From contig RBZT01000967.1 of the NCBI GenBank assembly GCA_003693705.1, positions 1-42,149 of the forward strand: a stretch of DNA of 42,149 nt. The letters are read 5' to 3'. The notes below the pieces were generated by a model that worked only from the letters and a program-made list of their open reading frames with translations, made no database searches and was not told the origin of the DNA. This document shows, one piece after another, positions 1-10,456 of this stretch. The DNA comes from Polymyxa betae A26-41 (lineage: Eukaryota > Protista > Endomyxa: Phytomyxea). Within the stretch, counting starts at the first letter, position 1, and the number at the start of each line of letters is the position of its first letter. Made by a program: the position numbers and the translations under genes.

Positions 1-415
1 CGGAATCAGCTGCTTGCCAGCTTCTTTCCTGGTCGAACACCACGAATTATAATGGTTTCCGTGCGACGACATCAAAACGCTGATCTTGAAGGAGGTAATT
101 GTATCACGCCCTGATGTCTTTGCCTTCTTTTGAGGCGAAGGCGACGACAGCAGCTCCTCAATGCTGTCAGTATTCTCGCTCATAATCAACAACCACAAGA
201 TCAGTAATAAATTATAGGATGTTTATAAAGACAAAAAAGAGAGACGTTACGAAACGTCAAACCTGGGTCAAAAGTTTGCAACCCAGCTTTTGATGGGTCA
301 CAAACTTTGAACCAAGCTTTGACACTGACGGGAAGCAGGAGGCCGAACCGCCAAACTTTGAGCTCAAAGGTGTGTGACTCGCCAAGGTTTGATGGGTTTT
401 ACGGATAGGTTTAAT
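1..415 (-). mobile_element. Probable terminus of a DNA transposon (Harbinger-like) with subterminal repeat array and the degenerate 5' end of an ORF running out of the window
   Basis: About 7 imperfect copies of a CAAA/CAAG-CTTTGA-like motif lie between ~255 and 392 and end at ...GGTTTTACGGATAGG followed by TTTAA (TAA/TTA is the Harbinger target site). An ATG at 183 on the minus strand opens a short disrupted frame (MSENTDSIEELLSSPSPQKKAK...). The partner TIR is not in the window. Confidence 0.4.
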
Positions 416-516
416 AAATATCGACAGTTGTATGACTGATCACACTGGTCAGCGCCAAGGACAAGAAGAATGCCGAGGCTATCGAGTCGTCAGGCGATCA
501 TCTCCGGCGATGCGCA

Positions 517-804
517 ATGGGGGAGTACGTCACATCGGACGAATGTGATGAGGTCGATGATACCGGCGGCGACATCTTCGAAAAATATTTCAAACCAAAA
601 AACCGTGCGGGCCGCAAACGGAAAGTGCGGGAATCCCCTATGCAGGCGATGCTCTCGTTTATAACAGAGAGCGCTGCAAAAATGGAAAAGAATGAGAGTG
701 AGAAACTCCAGCTTATGGCCCAGCGTCTGGAATTTGATCGCGGCCAGGAAAGCGACCGTCACCGCGACGAGCTCATGCTCAAGCTCGCTGAGAAGCTGTT
801 GTAA
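517..804 (+). pseudogene. C-terminal remnant of a Harbinger accessory (Myb/SANT-type ORF2) protein
   Basis: Charged coiled-coil-like tail (RKRKVRESPMQAMLSFI...LEFDR...ELMLKLAEKLL) lying tail-to-tail with the Harbinger transposase, as in two-ORF PIF/Harbinger elements. No Myb domain is visible, so it appears 5'-truncated. Confidence 0.45.
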
Positions 805-849
805 TAATAAACAATTGCTGGATGTTTATTGTTGATATCAGTGCCGTCA

Positions 850-1979
850 CTACTCCTGAAGACCCAAAAGCTCCTCTATTGAAGGCGGACGGATCTTGAA
901 ATACATTAAGATTTGATTTCCTTCGCTCTGCATGCATGTGTGGCAGTTCGTCAACAGAACTGCGACAAGCCACATTTTTCCGATCGGGGTCTGACGTACT
1001 CTCATTTTCTTATCGAACTGTAGAAATTCCCATAAGTTCTTCAGACGCCCAAAAAAAACTCCATTCTACTGATTCTCTAACAGAACTCATATCGGCATTA
1101 AAGGCAGCTTCCTTCGATCCAGGTTCTGCCATTGGGAATGGGCAACATACATAATCTGAGCATCCATAGGCAGGATCTCCATAAATACACTTGCCGTCGA
1201 ATATTTTGCCCGGATGAGATCGAAACTTTTGAAGTATGCCATTTTCTGCCAGCATTGTAGAATCATGCCTTCGACCTTCCACAGGAACAAACATACTGAC
1301 GATATTACCGTCGGGAGTAGTGATACCCTGCCAGTTGAGGCAATGACGACGAGGATGCCCATTATAAACAGAGCGTTGCAAGTTTTCGTACTGACTCTGA
1401 AGATTCTGTCGAGCACTAGGATAACAAATGTATTGCCTTGTGCCATCAATAAAGGCCCAACATGCTTGCAGTGGTGCCCCTTGTGAGTAGATAGCCAAAC
1501 AATATCTGTCGATATTCTTCTCAATCAGTTTGAGATTACGAACCAGCAGTTCTTTATGCTGTTGGTAAATAATATCTACAGTAGCACTAATGACGCGTGA
1601 GCATGCGGAAACAGAACGTCCAAACTAGTTGGCGACAGTAAAAAGTCTGCTTGGCTCAGCTAGACGTCGGCAAACAAGAGCAAGAGCTTCAAGCCCACAG
1701 ACATTGTCTTCAACGGTCGTTTGCACAAATTTAAGGATCCCCAATGTCACTCGGAGCTGTTGCAGCTGATTGATGGTGAATCGATATTTGTGGCAAGAAG
1801 TGACAGGATCCAGGCCAATATCGAACCGGTTGCCTCGGTCGATTTGGAGATTTTGCCTCAGATTCGATCAACATCATCATGATTTTAATAAATCGCCTCC
1901 ATTTGAATCTCGCGGTTTGCAATGCGAAGGCCATCACATTCAATGCTTCTCGATCGCTAAGAGCTCGGAAACGTGCCAT
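850..1979 (-). mobile_element. Degenerate PIF/Harbinger (IS5-like, DDE_Tnp_4) transposase
   Basis: Motifs CWAFIDGT, YNGH, EGRRHDS, IYGDPAY and FNADMSSVRESVEWSF. A frameshift in the poly-T run near 1051-1058 leads to GRLKNLW...LLTNCHTC...NQI and a stop at 850-852. There is a premature TAG near 1625 and further frameshifts upstream. Confidence 0.9.
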
Positions 1980-2118
1980 GTTTGTAAACAGCTTGGTGAC
2001 AACATCGTTTATTAGAGGGCACCGAGGGATAGATCTTAGTCAACACTGTAGAGGGTCAGCAACCAGTCAGGACTGAAACTCAAAAGCTGAGACTCTACAA
2101 AACATCGACTCTGCTCTG

Positions 2119-2168
2119 TTGAGTTTGAGTTTCCTGTGACCGTATACAAAGCTGAAACTCAAACTCAA
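2119..2168. repeat. 15-bp perfect inverted repeat (TTGAGTTTGAGTTTC / GAAACTCAAACTCAA) with 20-nt spacer; probable terminal/subterminal region of the Harbinger element
   Basis: Arms at 2119-2133 and 2154-2168. Related GAAACTCAAA/GAGACTC units occur at ~2073-2095. Confidence 0.7.
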
Positions 2169-2718
2169 ATTGCGCTTCAAATGTTCTCTATTATTTGTAG
2201 GTACCGGTAATGTATTTTTTCTATTATTTCTGGGACGTCATTTTCATTACTCTAAAATGGGACAATGATTTCATACGGGACTTGAATCTACTAGTACTTG
2301 CTGACTTTGTCCACCATTTCAAAGAGTAAACCATCTGACGGCCAGTTACTTTGGTGTTCTGTGGCAGCGGCGCTGATTCCGATTCCCTTCATTCTATCGA
2401 AGTGAACCTTTAAAGCTCTGTGTCCCATCCAGAAAAAGAATGGGGATTCTGGTTGATTTGTCAACATCATCAGCCAGAGTCACTGGTTGTGATCTGATAG
2501 GTGAACTACATAAAGATGTGATATGGAGATGGACTCTTTCTATCACCTGATGGGGTGATGGGATGATATCGTGGGGTCCATGACTCTGATTGATATGGTG
2601 ATAGAAGGGAGCCTCTTATATGTGACTGCTCCTCTTAAACATTGAAGGTTTGATTCATAGTCGTTGCTGGTTTGGGTCAATCATCCTTGGGAAGGAATGG
2701 TAATAGTCTCAACTAATA

Positions 2719-4832
2719 TTGTTATTGCTTTTCTCACTTCCGCTTCCTTCATATGGACTGCATCGTTCCTCACCCGCGACCGAGATATCGTCCCTAAACG
2801 ATATGGACCTAATTGGGTACGAAGCCAATTCATCGAGGTTTGCATTAACTTCCTCTCAGGCTGGCTTTTCCAGCTTCCAAAAATCAGCAGCAAAACCTTC
2901 TGATTCCAAACAATTGGTTTTTGCTATTAAAAACCGCTCCCCGCAAGAGCTTGAAGATCTGCTCGCATCTATATCTGATCCTATATCGCCTTCATATGGC
3001 GAATATCTATCTCTTGCTGAGCTTGGAGCTCTAACCTATAATCAAGAATCTTACGAAGCTGTTATGGGCTTTTTAAAGGATCATAACGTCAGCGAAATCC
3101 AAGAAACCAAAAATCGGGATTTCGTCGTGGTAAATGTGCCCGTTAGTAAAGCTGAGCAGATGCTGGCAACAACATTTACCAAGACCATATATGGAGATGC
3201 TAGCTACATTAGCGCATCCGAATATGCCCTCCCTCAACGTCTAGCAAACCATGTCGATTTTGTTGGGGGAGTATTCCATCGGGCTTCGTGGCGTAAAAAC
3301 CGTCGACTCAGACAAGAGGTCGATCCAAGCACAGGCCCGAAGTTGCAAGGCTTTGTAACTCCCAGTCTTCTGAATGATGTCTACCATATCTACAATAACG
3401 AAGTCGAACATGGTACAGGCGGGGCCTTATTCGAAGCCCTCGGTCAGAGCTACAGCAAAGAAGATCTTTTCAAATTCGAAGAGACGTTTCATGTGCCACA
3501 TCAAGACATCGATATCATTGTCGGGCCTAATACAGATGATGCCTGCCAGATCGACCCAGGCAATTGGTTAGTCAATCTTTTTGTTATCCGGTGTTGGCTG
3601 ACAAATACCTTAAATAAGTGGTGAGGCTAATCTCGATGTGCAGTACTTCATTGCCATCGCTCAACACAGCAAAACCACCTACTGGTCCATGGATCGGAAC
3701 GATCCAGATCCATTTCTTTCTTGGATTGTAGCTTTAGCGGATGATGCCAATCCTCCTCTTGTCCATTCCATCGTAAGTTTGCGCTCTGAATTGCTGAAAT
3801 TAATCAACATTTAACGGATGGTCAGTCTTATGGGGGGGATGAGAGAGAGGAGCAGACTTCTGGTCGTTTCAATCAGGAACTCATTAAGCTCGGTCTTCGT
3901 GGCATAACGGTGAGAGATTGTCAGTCAAATCGTTGTAAGTTCGATGAGCTGACAAATTGATTAGGTAGTAGTGAGCAGCGGTGACGATGGGGTGAACTCG
4001 CCAGAATTACGTCAAGATCCTACACGCTGTGGTATGACGCCATCGTTTCCTGCTTCGTCCCCTTATGTTGTGGCTGTAAGTCTTTACTGAAATACGTTTC
4101 TAGGTGCAATATTGACAGTTTGCAGGTTGGCGCTACTCAAGGGCTAGAATCGGGACATGAAGAGATAGCATGTTCAAGCTTGTCTGGTGGTATGGTTATC
4201 TCCACAGTAAATCTTATATCGTCACTCCAACTATCGATCAGGGATTATCACTTCTGGGGGCGGTTTTAGCACCCTTTTCAAACAGCCCGGTTACCAGAAA
4301 AAATCGGTCGAAACATATTTGAAGACGGTTCCAGCCAGCCAGCTTCCTTCTCGTGCCGATTTCAATGCTAATGGCCGTGCATACCCGTAAAGGACCAACA
4401 TATTCTCCCAGTTTGTTATCAACATCTTTTTTTAGGGATGTATCGCTGTTAGGTTACAATTATCTAATATTCGATGACCTGAAATGTTTGCAAGAATCTG
4501 GAACCAGTGCTTCGTCGCCTGTTTTTGCAGCAATGCTTACTCTAATTAACGACGAGCTTGCTAAAAACGGTCAAAGCCCTCTTGGTTTCGTCAATCCACT
4601 CCTTTACAGCTTATACAATAACAAGCCGGAAATCTTTAACGATATCGTAAAAGGAGGGAACCATTGCGCTGCTGGTTATCGAGAGAATATTCACTGCTGT
4701 GATTTTGGATTTTCTGCAACTGCTGGGTGGGATCCTGTTACAGGGTTAGGATCGGTTCATTTCGCCCGTTTAAAGAAGGCCATTCTAGATATAAAAACCC
4801 AAAAGCAAATGGAACGATTTGCTGGTTTGTAA
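2719..4832 (+). CDS. Secreted tripeptidyl-peptidase I / sedolisin (peptidase S53) with pro-domain; multi-exon, start codon unresolved
   Basis: Hydrophobic N-terminus and pro-kumamolisin motif ISDPISPSYGEYLS. After splicing (e.g. intron 3567-3618) it reads EANLDVQY (catalytic E/D), SISYGGDE, SSGDDG, FPASSPYV, SGGGFS, GRAYPDVS, SGTSASSP (catalytic Ser) and GWDPVTGLG. Confidence 0.93.
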
Positions 4833-5636
4833 ATACGGATTCCCACAGAACTAATCTGTCATTGGGTCATGAAAACGCCTACTGTCTAATAAAGGCATTC
4901 TATAAACTGAATCAGAACAGCAGTGTATCTTGTACAGTACAAATATGTAGCTGATAAACTTGGGTTAACAGTAATGTCTTTCATGATTCATAGCTAAATG
5001 TTGCAGATTCAGACGTCGTAGCAGCTCTATCAAATCTGTTCAAGCGATTTGATATTCCTAAGAGAATGAGCATCGAAAGCATCATTTGCCAATAGGTTCC
5101 GGAATCTGCTGTTGATTAGACGAGTATTTGCAATACAACGAGGCTCTGTGATGTATACAGCGGCAGCCGAGAGCAGGTCTGTGTTAATCGCTTTCAAGTT
5201 CATAGCCAGTCAGATGGCTTCTGCACAAATATCTCAAGCGAATGAGCTCATTCGTAAACGACTCCAATCATGTTTCGCCTGGTGTCACAATAGAACATCC
5301 TTACAATTTGGTCACAGAACGGCCCGGATATTGCCAGAGACTTGAAGAATCGCTGCTACATTGTCCTATGGATAGATGGCAAGATAACAATGGAGATATA
5401 TAGTGATAATTTGTATAATGTTATGTTAAACAGACAGGTGTAATATTGGTCAAATAGGCGGTTGTTTTAAAACGCTATGACGAGATCCCCGTCCAGTACA
5501 GAATAGCATCGGGGACATTCAACACAACAGTGAAACAATATTGGTCTGGAAGGTCCTTCCCTGCGTTGATCAATCCATTGGATCATTTCCAAGTCTTGCC
5601 TGAATTGAAGCATCAGCGCAAAATCCATCAGCAGCG

Positions 5637-6302
5637 ATGTCGCTGTCGATCGTGTCGAGTCCCTTCATGAGTCGTAATTATCTTCTCATTTATCGAGGTT
5701 TATGTGCTACATTCTTGGCATATACAATAGTTGCAGGAGCTCTGGTTCAAATGCCAGCACCTTATGTTATGTATTTAACCAACTGGATGGTGATGCTAAA
5801 TTTCTGCTATTTCACCTCAGCTGCCCTGGCGTTGGCTTTGCCGAAAATGGGCTTCATTAGGAAAGCTGCTTACCATTTGAACGAAATCTGTCTTCCAAAT
5901 GCAATGACGGTTTGTCTTTTATTCTGGTCAATTGTGTTCCCTCGCCTTAAAGATGCTCAATCTAATGTTAAGGGCCCGATCGGATACATCTATTTCAGAG
6001 TTATAACTGACCATGGAGGAACACTTCTGCTTTTATTATTCGATTTCTTCATTAGTCGTACTGTATTCCCAATCAAGCATGTATATTGGCCTTCAATTGT
6101 TTTCCTCTATATACCCGTCAGCGCTATCTACACGTTGATCTATAACGAGATTTATCCTGGTTTAACATTCAGGGATGTAACTTCCCTTGGCTTTGTAGTG
6201 TTTGCTGTAACTACGACTCTGCTTTCTTTTGTCGTTCTGGTCTATTTTATACCTAGATACAAATCTGACAAAACGTATGCATTTTTTATGCTGAGCGGCT
6301 GA
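5637..6302 (+). CDS. FAR-17a/AIG1 / rolling-stone-like multi-pass membrane protein, copy 1 (intronless)
   Basis: About six hydrophobic segments; YLTNW, LFW, DHG and IYP motifs typical of the AIG1/ADTRP/rolling stone family. Confidence 0.8.
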   Translation: MSLSIVSSPFMSRNYLLIYRGLCATFLAYTIVAGALVQMPAPYVMYLTNWMVMLNFCYFTSAALALALPKMGFIRKAAYHLNEICLPNAMTVCLLFWSIVFPRLKDAQSNVKGPIGYIYFRVITDHGGTLLLLLFDFFISRTVFPIKHVYWPSIVFLYIPVSAIYTLIYNEIYPGLTFRDVTSLGFVVFAVTTTLLSFVVLVYFIPRYKSDKTYAFFMLSG

Positions 6303-7321
6303 ACTAATTGTCATTTTAGAGAATCGGCTTCCGAAATCCTCGTCCATAAGGCAGATTCTGCCTGCTGAGTATTTCGTTCATTGCTCTTCATTTTTAAATA
6401 CAGTGTAATTATGGAATGGAATGAATTGTGTGGTCTGTTGTGTAATGTGAAAGGATGGTGCTGTCACCTCAAGCACAAGGCCATTTGTGGCATTTTACCA
6501 CGAGTTCACCTGTTATAATAATTCGTATCGTTTCATATATGCTCTGCCTGCAAATTACACTGACTGTTAAGGGCGTTCTCTGGTCATCTGACTTTCACGA
6601 AGTTCTGTTTGGATTCTAATCAGGCTGCTGATGTAAGATTACTGTACTATCAGAATTGGCTACGATGTTCGCCTGAGCCAAAAGCCGTCAATTTTTTAGA
6701 GTGGAGCAATTTGAAGGTTGATCGCCCTCACGATTTTTATTTTTTGCTATTTTTTTGTTTTACATTGCATTAATTACAATTGATTATGTACAGTTGAAAG
6801 CATGCTGTAACTATGATCATAATTATTAACTGCACCCGCAATTTTGTCAGATCATCTGCGAGAACCTGTAGAATTCCTGGGGGAATCAGGTTCCCTTTAG
6901 CTTCTGTGTTGTTCGTCTTAAGGTGGCCAGACTGAATGATCCGAATTCGCCACAAGAGCCCCGCGGGTCTCCTTTGTCAGGTTTTGGGGACAGTAAACCG
7001 ACCTTCGATGCCTTATTCAAAATGGGTAAGAATGCCTGGACGTTGCACGGATCTTCGCAGTTGCTCATATGTTTTTGTTTACATCTAAACATATAAAACA
7101 TGTTTAAACGCTATTTTCCGAGCGGTGCTTCTATACAACTCTGCCGCTGATTGATGCCTGTTATTGCTGCTGATTTATGCTTTATCTCATATCTGGCATC
7201 TCCTGAAAGATTAATCTGAAATGTTGTGAGAATTGCGCGGAACGTAACACGTTGCTGCTGATTACGATGACATTGATTTAGTCATAATCATATTACTATA
7301 CTCGTAGTCGAACTTAATATC

Positions 7322-8020
7322 ATGCCAACATCGAGATGGTACAAGCAGAGTCCAGATTCCACCTCTGTCCTAACTAGCCCTTTTCTCAACCGTAGGCAAC
7401 TGTTCATATTCCGACTTTTATGTGCTGCCTTGCTTTGTGGTATGATTGTCGCTGGAATCTCTACAGTCCACCGTGTCCCATACATTCTTTATCTGACCAA
7501 TTGGATGGCAATTTTGAACACTTTATACTTTCTCGTCTCAGCATTTAGTGAATCTCACAGTTTCGCTCAATCTTCTGCCTATGCATTGAATCATATCTGT
7601 ATCCCCAACAGCATAATGGTGTGTGTTTTATTTTGGACTGCTGTTCAACCCTATATTCCCCCTGGATCTTTATCGCACTTTAAAATATTCCAAAATGTTG
7701 TTGACCATGGCATCACGTTGATCTTGCTCCTCGTTGATTATTCTCTATCGCATATAACATTCAGCATATTCTATATCTATTGGCCTGCACTTATAATTGC
7801 CTACATTCCGGTGAACGCTTATTATTCCATTTCTTACAAGCCAATCTACTTTGCCCTCAGTTACAAAAACTATACTTCTGTGATCTTCCTGCTGTCCGCC
7901 TTGATCGTATCTCTAGGTTCTTTCGTGTTAATCTGCTGGATCACGCCCAAGGTGAAATACTATCAGTCTAAGAACACAATGATGGAGGCTATTGTTGTCC
8001 ACAAAAGCATCAGCGTATAA
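7322..8020 (+). CDS. FAR-17a/AIG1 / rolling-stone-like membrane protein, copy 2 (intronless)
   Basis: Same motifs as copy 1: SPF, FRLLCA, YLTNW, LNHICIPN, LFW, DHG, YWP, PIY. Confidence 0.8.
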   Translation: MPTSRWYKQSPDSTSVLTSPFLNRRQLFIFRLLCAALLCGMIVAGISTVHRVPYILYLTNWMAILNTLYFLVSAFSESHSFAQSSAYALNHICIPNSIMVCVLFWTAVQPYIPPGSLSHFKIFQNVVDHGITLILLLVDYSLSHITFSIFYIYWPALIIAYIPVNAYYSISYKPIYFALSYKNYTSVIFLLSALIVSLGSFVLICWITPKVKYYQSKNTMMEAIVVHKSISV

Positions 8021-8070
8021 TCGAAATTGTTAACATTATACACTTTATACAGCTAATCTTCATACTGGAT

Positions 8071-8883
8071 TTATTCGCCTGATATTAACGAATGTAGGGC
8101 AAATCCTAGAAACAGACACCCGCCTACTGTATGAACTGTTCTTTCAGAAACTTTGGCCGCTAGAATTTTACCGCCCATTACTGCCACAAATGTACATAAT
8201 GCATGACCCATAATCCCTCCTACGACAACACCAAGGGCATTGATATCTGCTGCCATGACGATTGTGGCTATCTGAGAGCGGTCTCCCCATTCGGCTAAAA
8301 ATGTCATTGTAAAAGCTTGGATCAGAGCAGGGGAAAATAATGATCGCAACATGCTTTGGTGCTTTTTTTTCGGTGTAGGCGGTGCCAACTCTAGGTCGTC
8401 AATGTCGTCATCATTATCGTACTCTTCTGATCGCTTGGCATTCAGGGCATTTAATTCCGCCTCGGTTTCTTCTAGTTCCTGTTGAATTCCATCGCTTTCC
8501 GTCATGAAGAACGCCTCTTTCAACAATTTGATACCGAAAAAAGCAAACAGAGCTACAGCAGCAATATGTGTGTGCTTTCGAGGAAGAAGAGAAGGTAATG
8601 CTGACCCAAGCAATGCTGATAGTATAGTCATAATAATCAACGCTGACATGGCGCCAATAAAAATCAATTTTCGTCCATGTCTCATCGACATTATAGCAGC
8701 TATAAAGAAGGTCTTGTCGCCGATCTCTGACGATACGATCATGGAGAATGAGGCAAGCATGGCCGACAGCATTGATGGCGTTATTGAAGAATCCTTAGGT
8801 GGTTGCTGCTGATTGCCATCATTGTCAGCCAATGTGAAGTAGAACAGGAGAACCGCCACAGTTGAACAGAGAGCCGACTTCAT
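8071..8883 (-). CDS. GDT1: GDT1/TMEM165 (UPF0016) Golgi Ca2+/Mn2+:H+ antiporter
   Basis: Two signature motifs EIGDKTF and EWGDRSQ, an acidic central loop and an N-terminal signal peptide. Confidence 0.95.
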   Translation of the reverse strand: MKSALCSTVAVLLFYFTLADNDGNQQQPPKDSSITPSMLSAMLASFSMIVSSEIGDKTFFIAAIMSMRHGRKLIFIGAMSALIIMTILSALLGSALPSLLPRKHTHIAAVALFAFFGIKLLKEAFFMTESDGIQQELEETEAELNALNAKRSEEYDNDDDIDDLELAPPTPKKKHQSMLRSLFSPALIQAFTMTFLAEWGDRSQIATIVMAADINALGVVVGGIMGHALCTFVAVMGGKILAAKVSERTVHTVGGCLFLGFALHSLISGE

Positions 8884-9363
8884 TCAGAGGACTTTTACAG
8901 TTCTGAAAATTGCGAACCTTATCTAAGACCAGACCACAGAAAGTCAATCTGAAACTGAAAATCATTAATGTGTGTTGTTTGGCACGGAATCTAGGTAAAT
9001 CAATATTCACGTTCATTGATTTTATTGTGACGCATAACTTCTTGCAGTTCATTCTGCATCAGCCTGCCTTCCATAACAACACAACACCATCAAACCAATG
9101 TAGGAGATACTAGGTAGCATACTGTATTGAATTCTCTTAAATGTATGGATTCCTTATTTCTGGAAACAAGCGGCTGCCACTGGAAAATCGCTTTTCATGA
9201 TGCTCTTAACTGTACAGTACCGTAATTGGAAAGTTTGTATTTAGGTATGATCGAAATCTAGTAAAAAGCCGTTCGGGGTTTTAATGGGCGGCCTTCTCTT
9301 CTTTTTACCGTCTTTGAAAACACATCTTTTCTTTGGCATTTATCTTTCGTGTCTGCTGTCGCG

Positions 9364-10137
9364 ATGGCTGTCGCTCCTTTATCAGCCATCGTTATGCTGT
9401 TAGCAGTTTCGATCGGCCACGTCGCTGTGGCTGACTCTGATCAGGCCTTCATATTTGACGTACCAGTTGGCAGATCTAAATGCATTGGGTCGAATACTAT
9501 TTTATATTATTAATCTCATTTGCATAGTTTCTTCTTCACTTCATCCTTTATGCTCTTTTACTTCATTCCACAGCTTACTTTTCCTTAGTGAGGATGTACG
9601 AAAGGGAGAACTGTTTCGAGCCAAGTATTCCTTTCAGCCAGATCTTCCTGGAATAGCAACTGTCTCGGTTTTGGATCCATTTCAAAAGGAGATCCCCAAA
9701 CGAACTGTTGAAAAAGGTTCTTTTGTTCATACGGCCGATCAATCGGGTGAACATCGTATCTGTTTTTACTCGGTGGGAGGAATTCCGGTCACGGTCGAAT
9801 TGGACCTGACAGCTGGAAGTGATGCCAAGAAATGGGATGAAATTGCCAAGCAAGAGAACCTAAAGCCATTGGAGGTTGAATTACGTCGTCTTGAAGATAT
9901 TGTTAGTTCAACCCACTCTGAATTCGAGTATATTAGCCAGCGTGAACTGGCTGCTCGAAATGTTAACGGTATGCTGCGTTTTTCGATTTGGCTTTTACTA
10001 ATTGTCAATTTTTCTTAGAAAATACGAATTCTCGTGTTTTGTGGGGTTCTGTAATCTCAATGGCAATATTGGTCGGCTTGGGCACTTGGCAAATTTACTA
10101 TTTGCAGAAGTTCTTCAAATCAAAGAAGATGATGTAA
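9364..10137 (+). CDS. TMED10: p24/emp24 GOLD-domain cargo receptor (TMED10/Erv25, p24-delta type); 3 exons
   Basis: Signal peptide, GOLD cysteines (SKCIGEDV...EHRICF), LKPLEVELRRLEDIV coiled coil, NENTNSRV, transmembrane helix and WQIYYLQKFFKSKKMM tail. Confidence 0.92.
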
Positions 10138-10456
10138 TATATCAATTATTTAGCTGCAGTTCTTGTCAAGAATAAATCCAAATTTGTGCAGTGCTAACTT
10201 GAGATGAATTTGTTAAATTCTTATGGTCACTATTTTCCGCTTATCAAATGCTTACCTTGAATTGTAGCATTGCTACCGTAGGCGTAGTGTTACTGTATTT
10301 TTGTTGCGGAGTTTTTTCCAGTTACTTTTCGTGACAGACGCACATTTTATTTGGAACCTGACTTAAGCAGTGCATAGGTCTTGTTCACATTTGTTTGAGC
10401 CCTCCCAGCTTTATATCCAGATTAGAATTTCAAGCTCAATCAAGTTTAATTGAAAG

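Noticed and set aside
255-392. Short repeats with spacers as a possible CRISPR array
   Set aside because: The units are ~10 bp, degenerate and irregularly spaced; the context is eukaryotic with no cas genes. They fit transposon subterminal repeats.
4833-7321. Short ORFs at 5112-5345, 6770-6955 and 6886-7101
   Set aside because: No recognisable motifs or convincing splice structure. They may be decayed remnants, but this cannot be supported.
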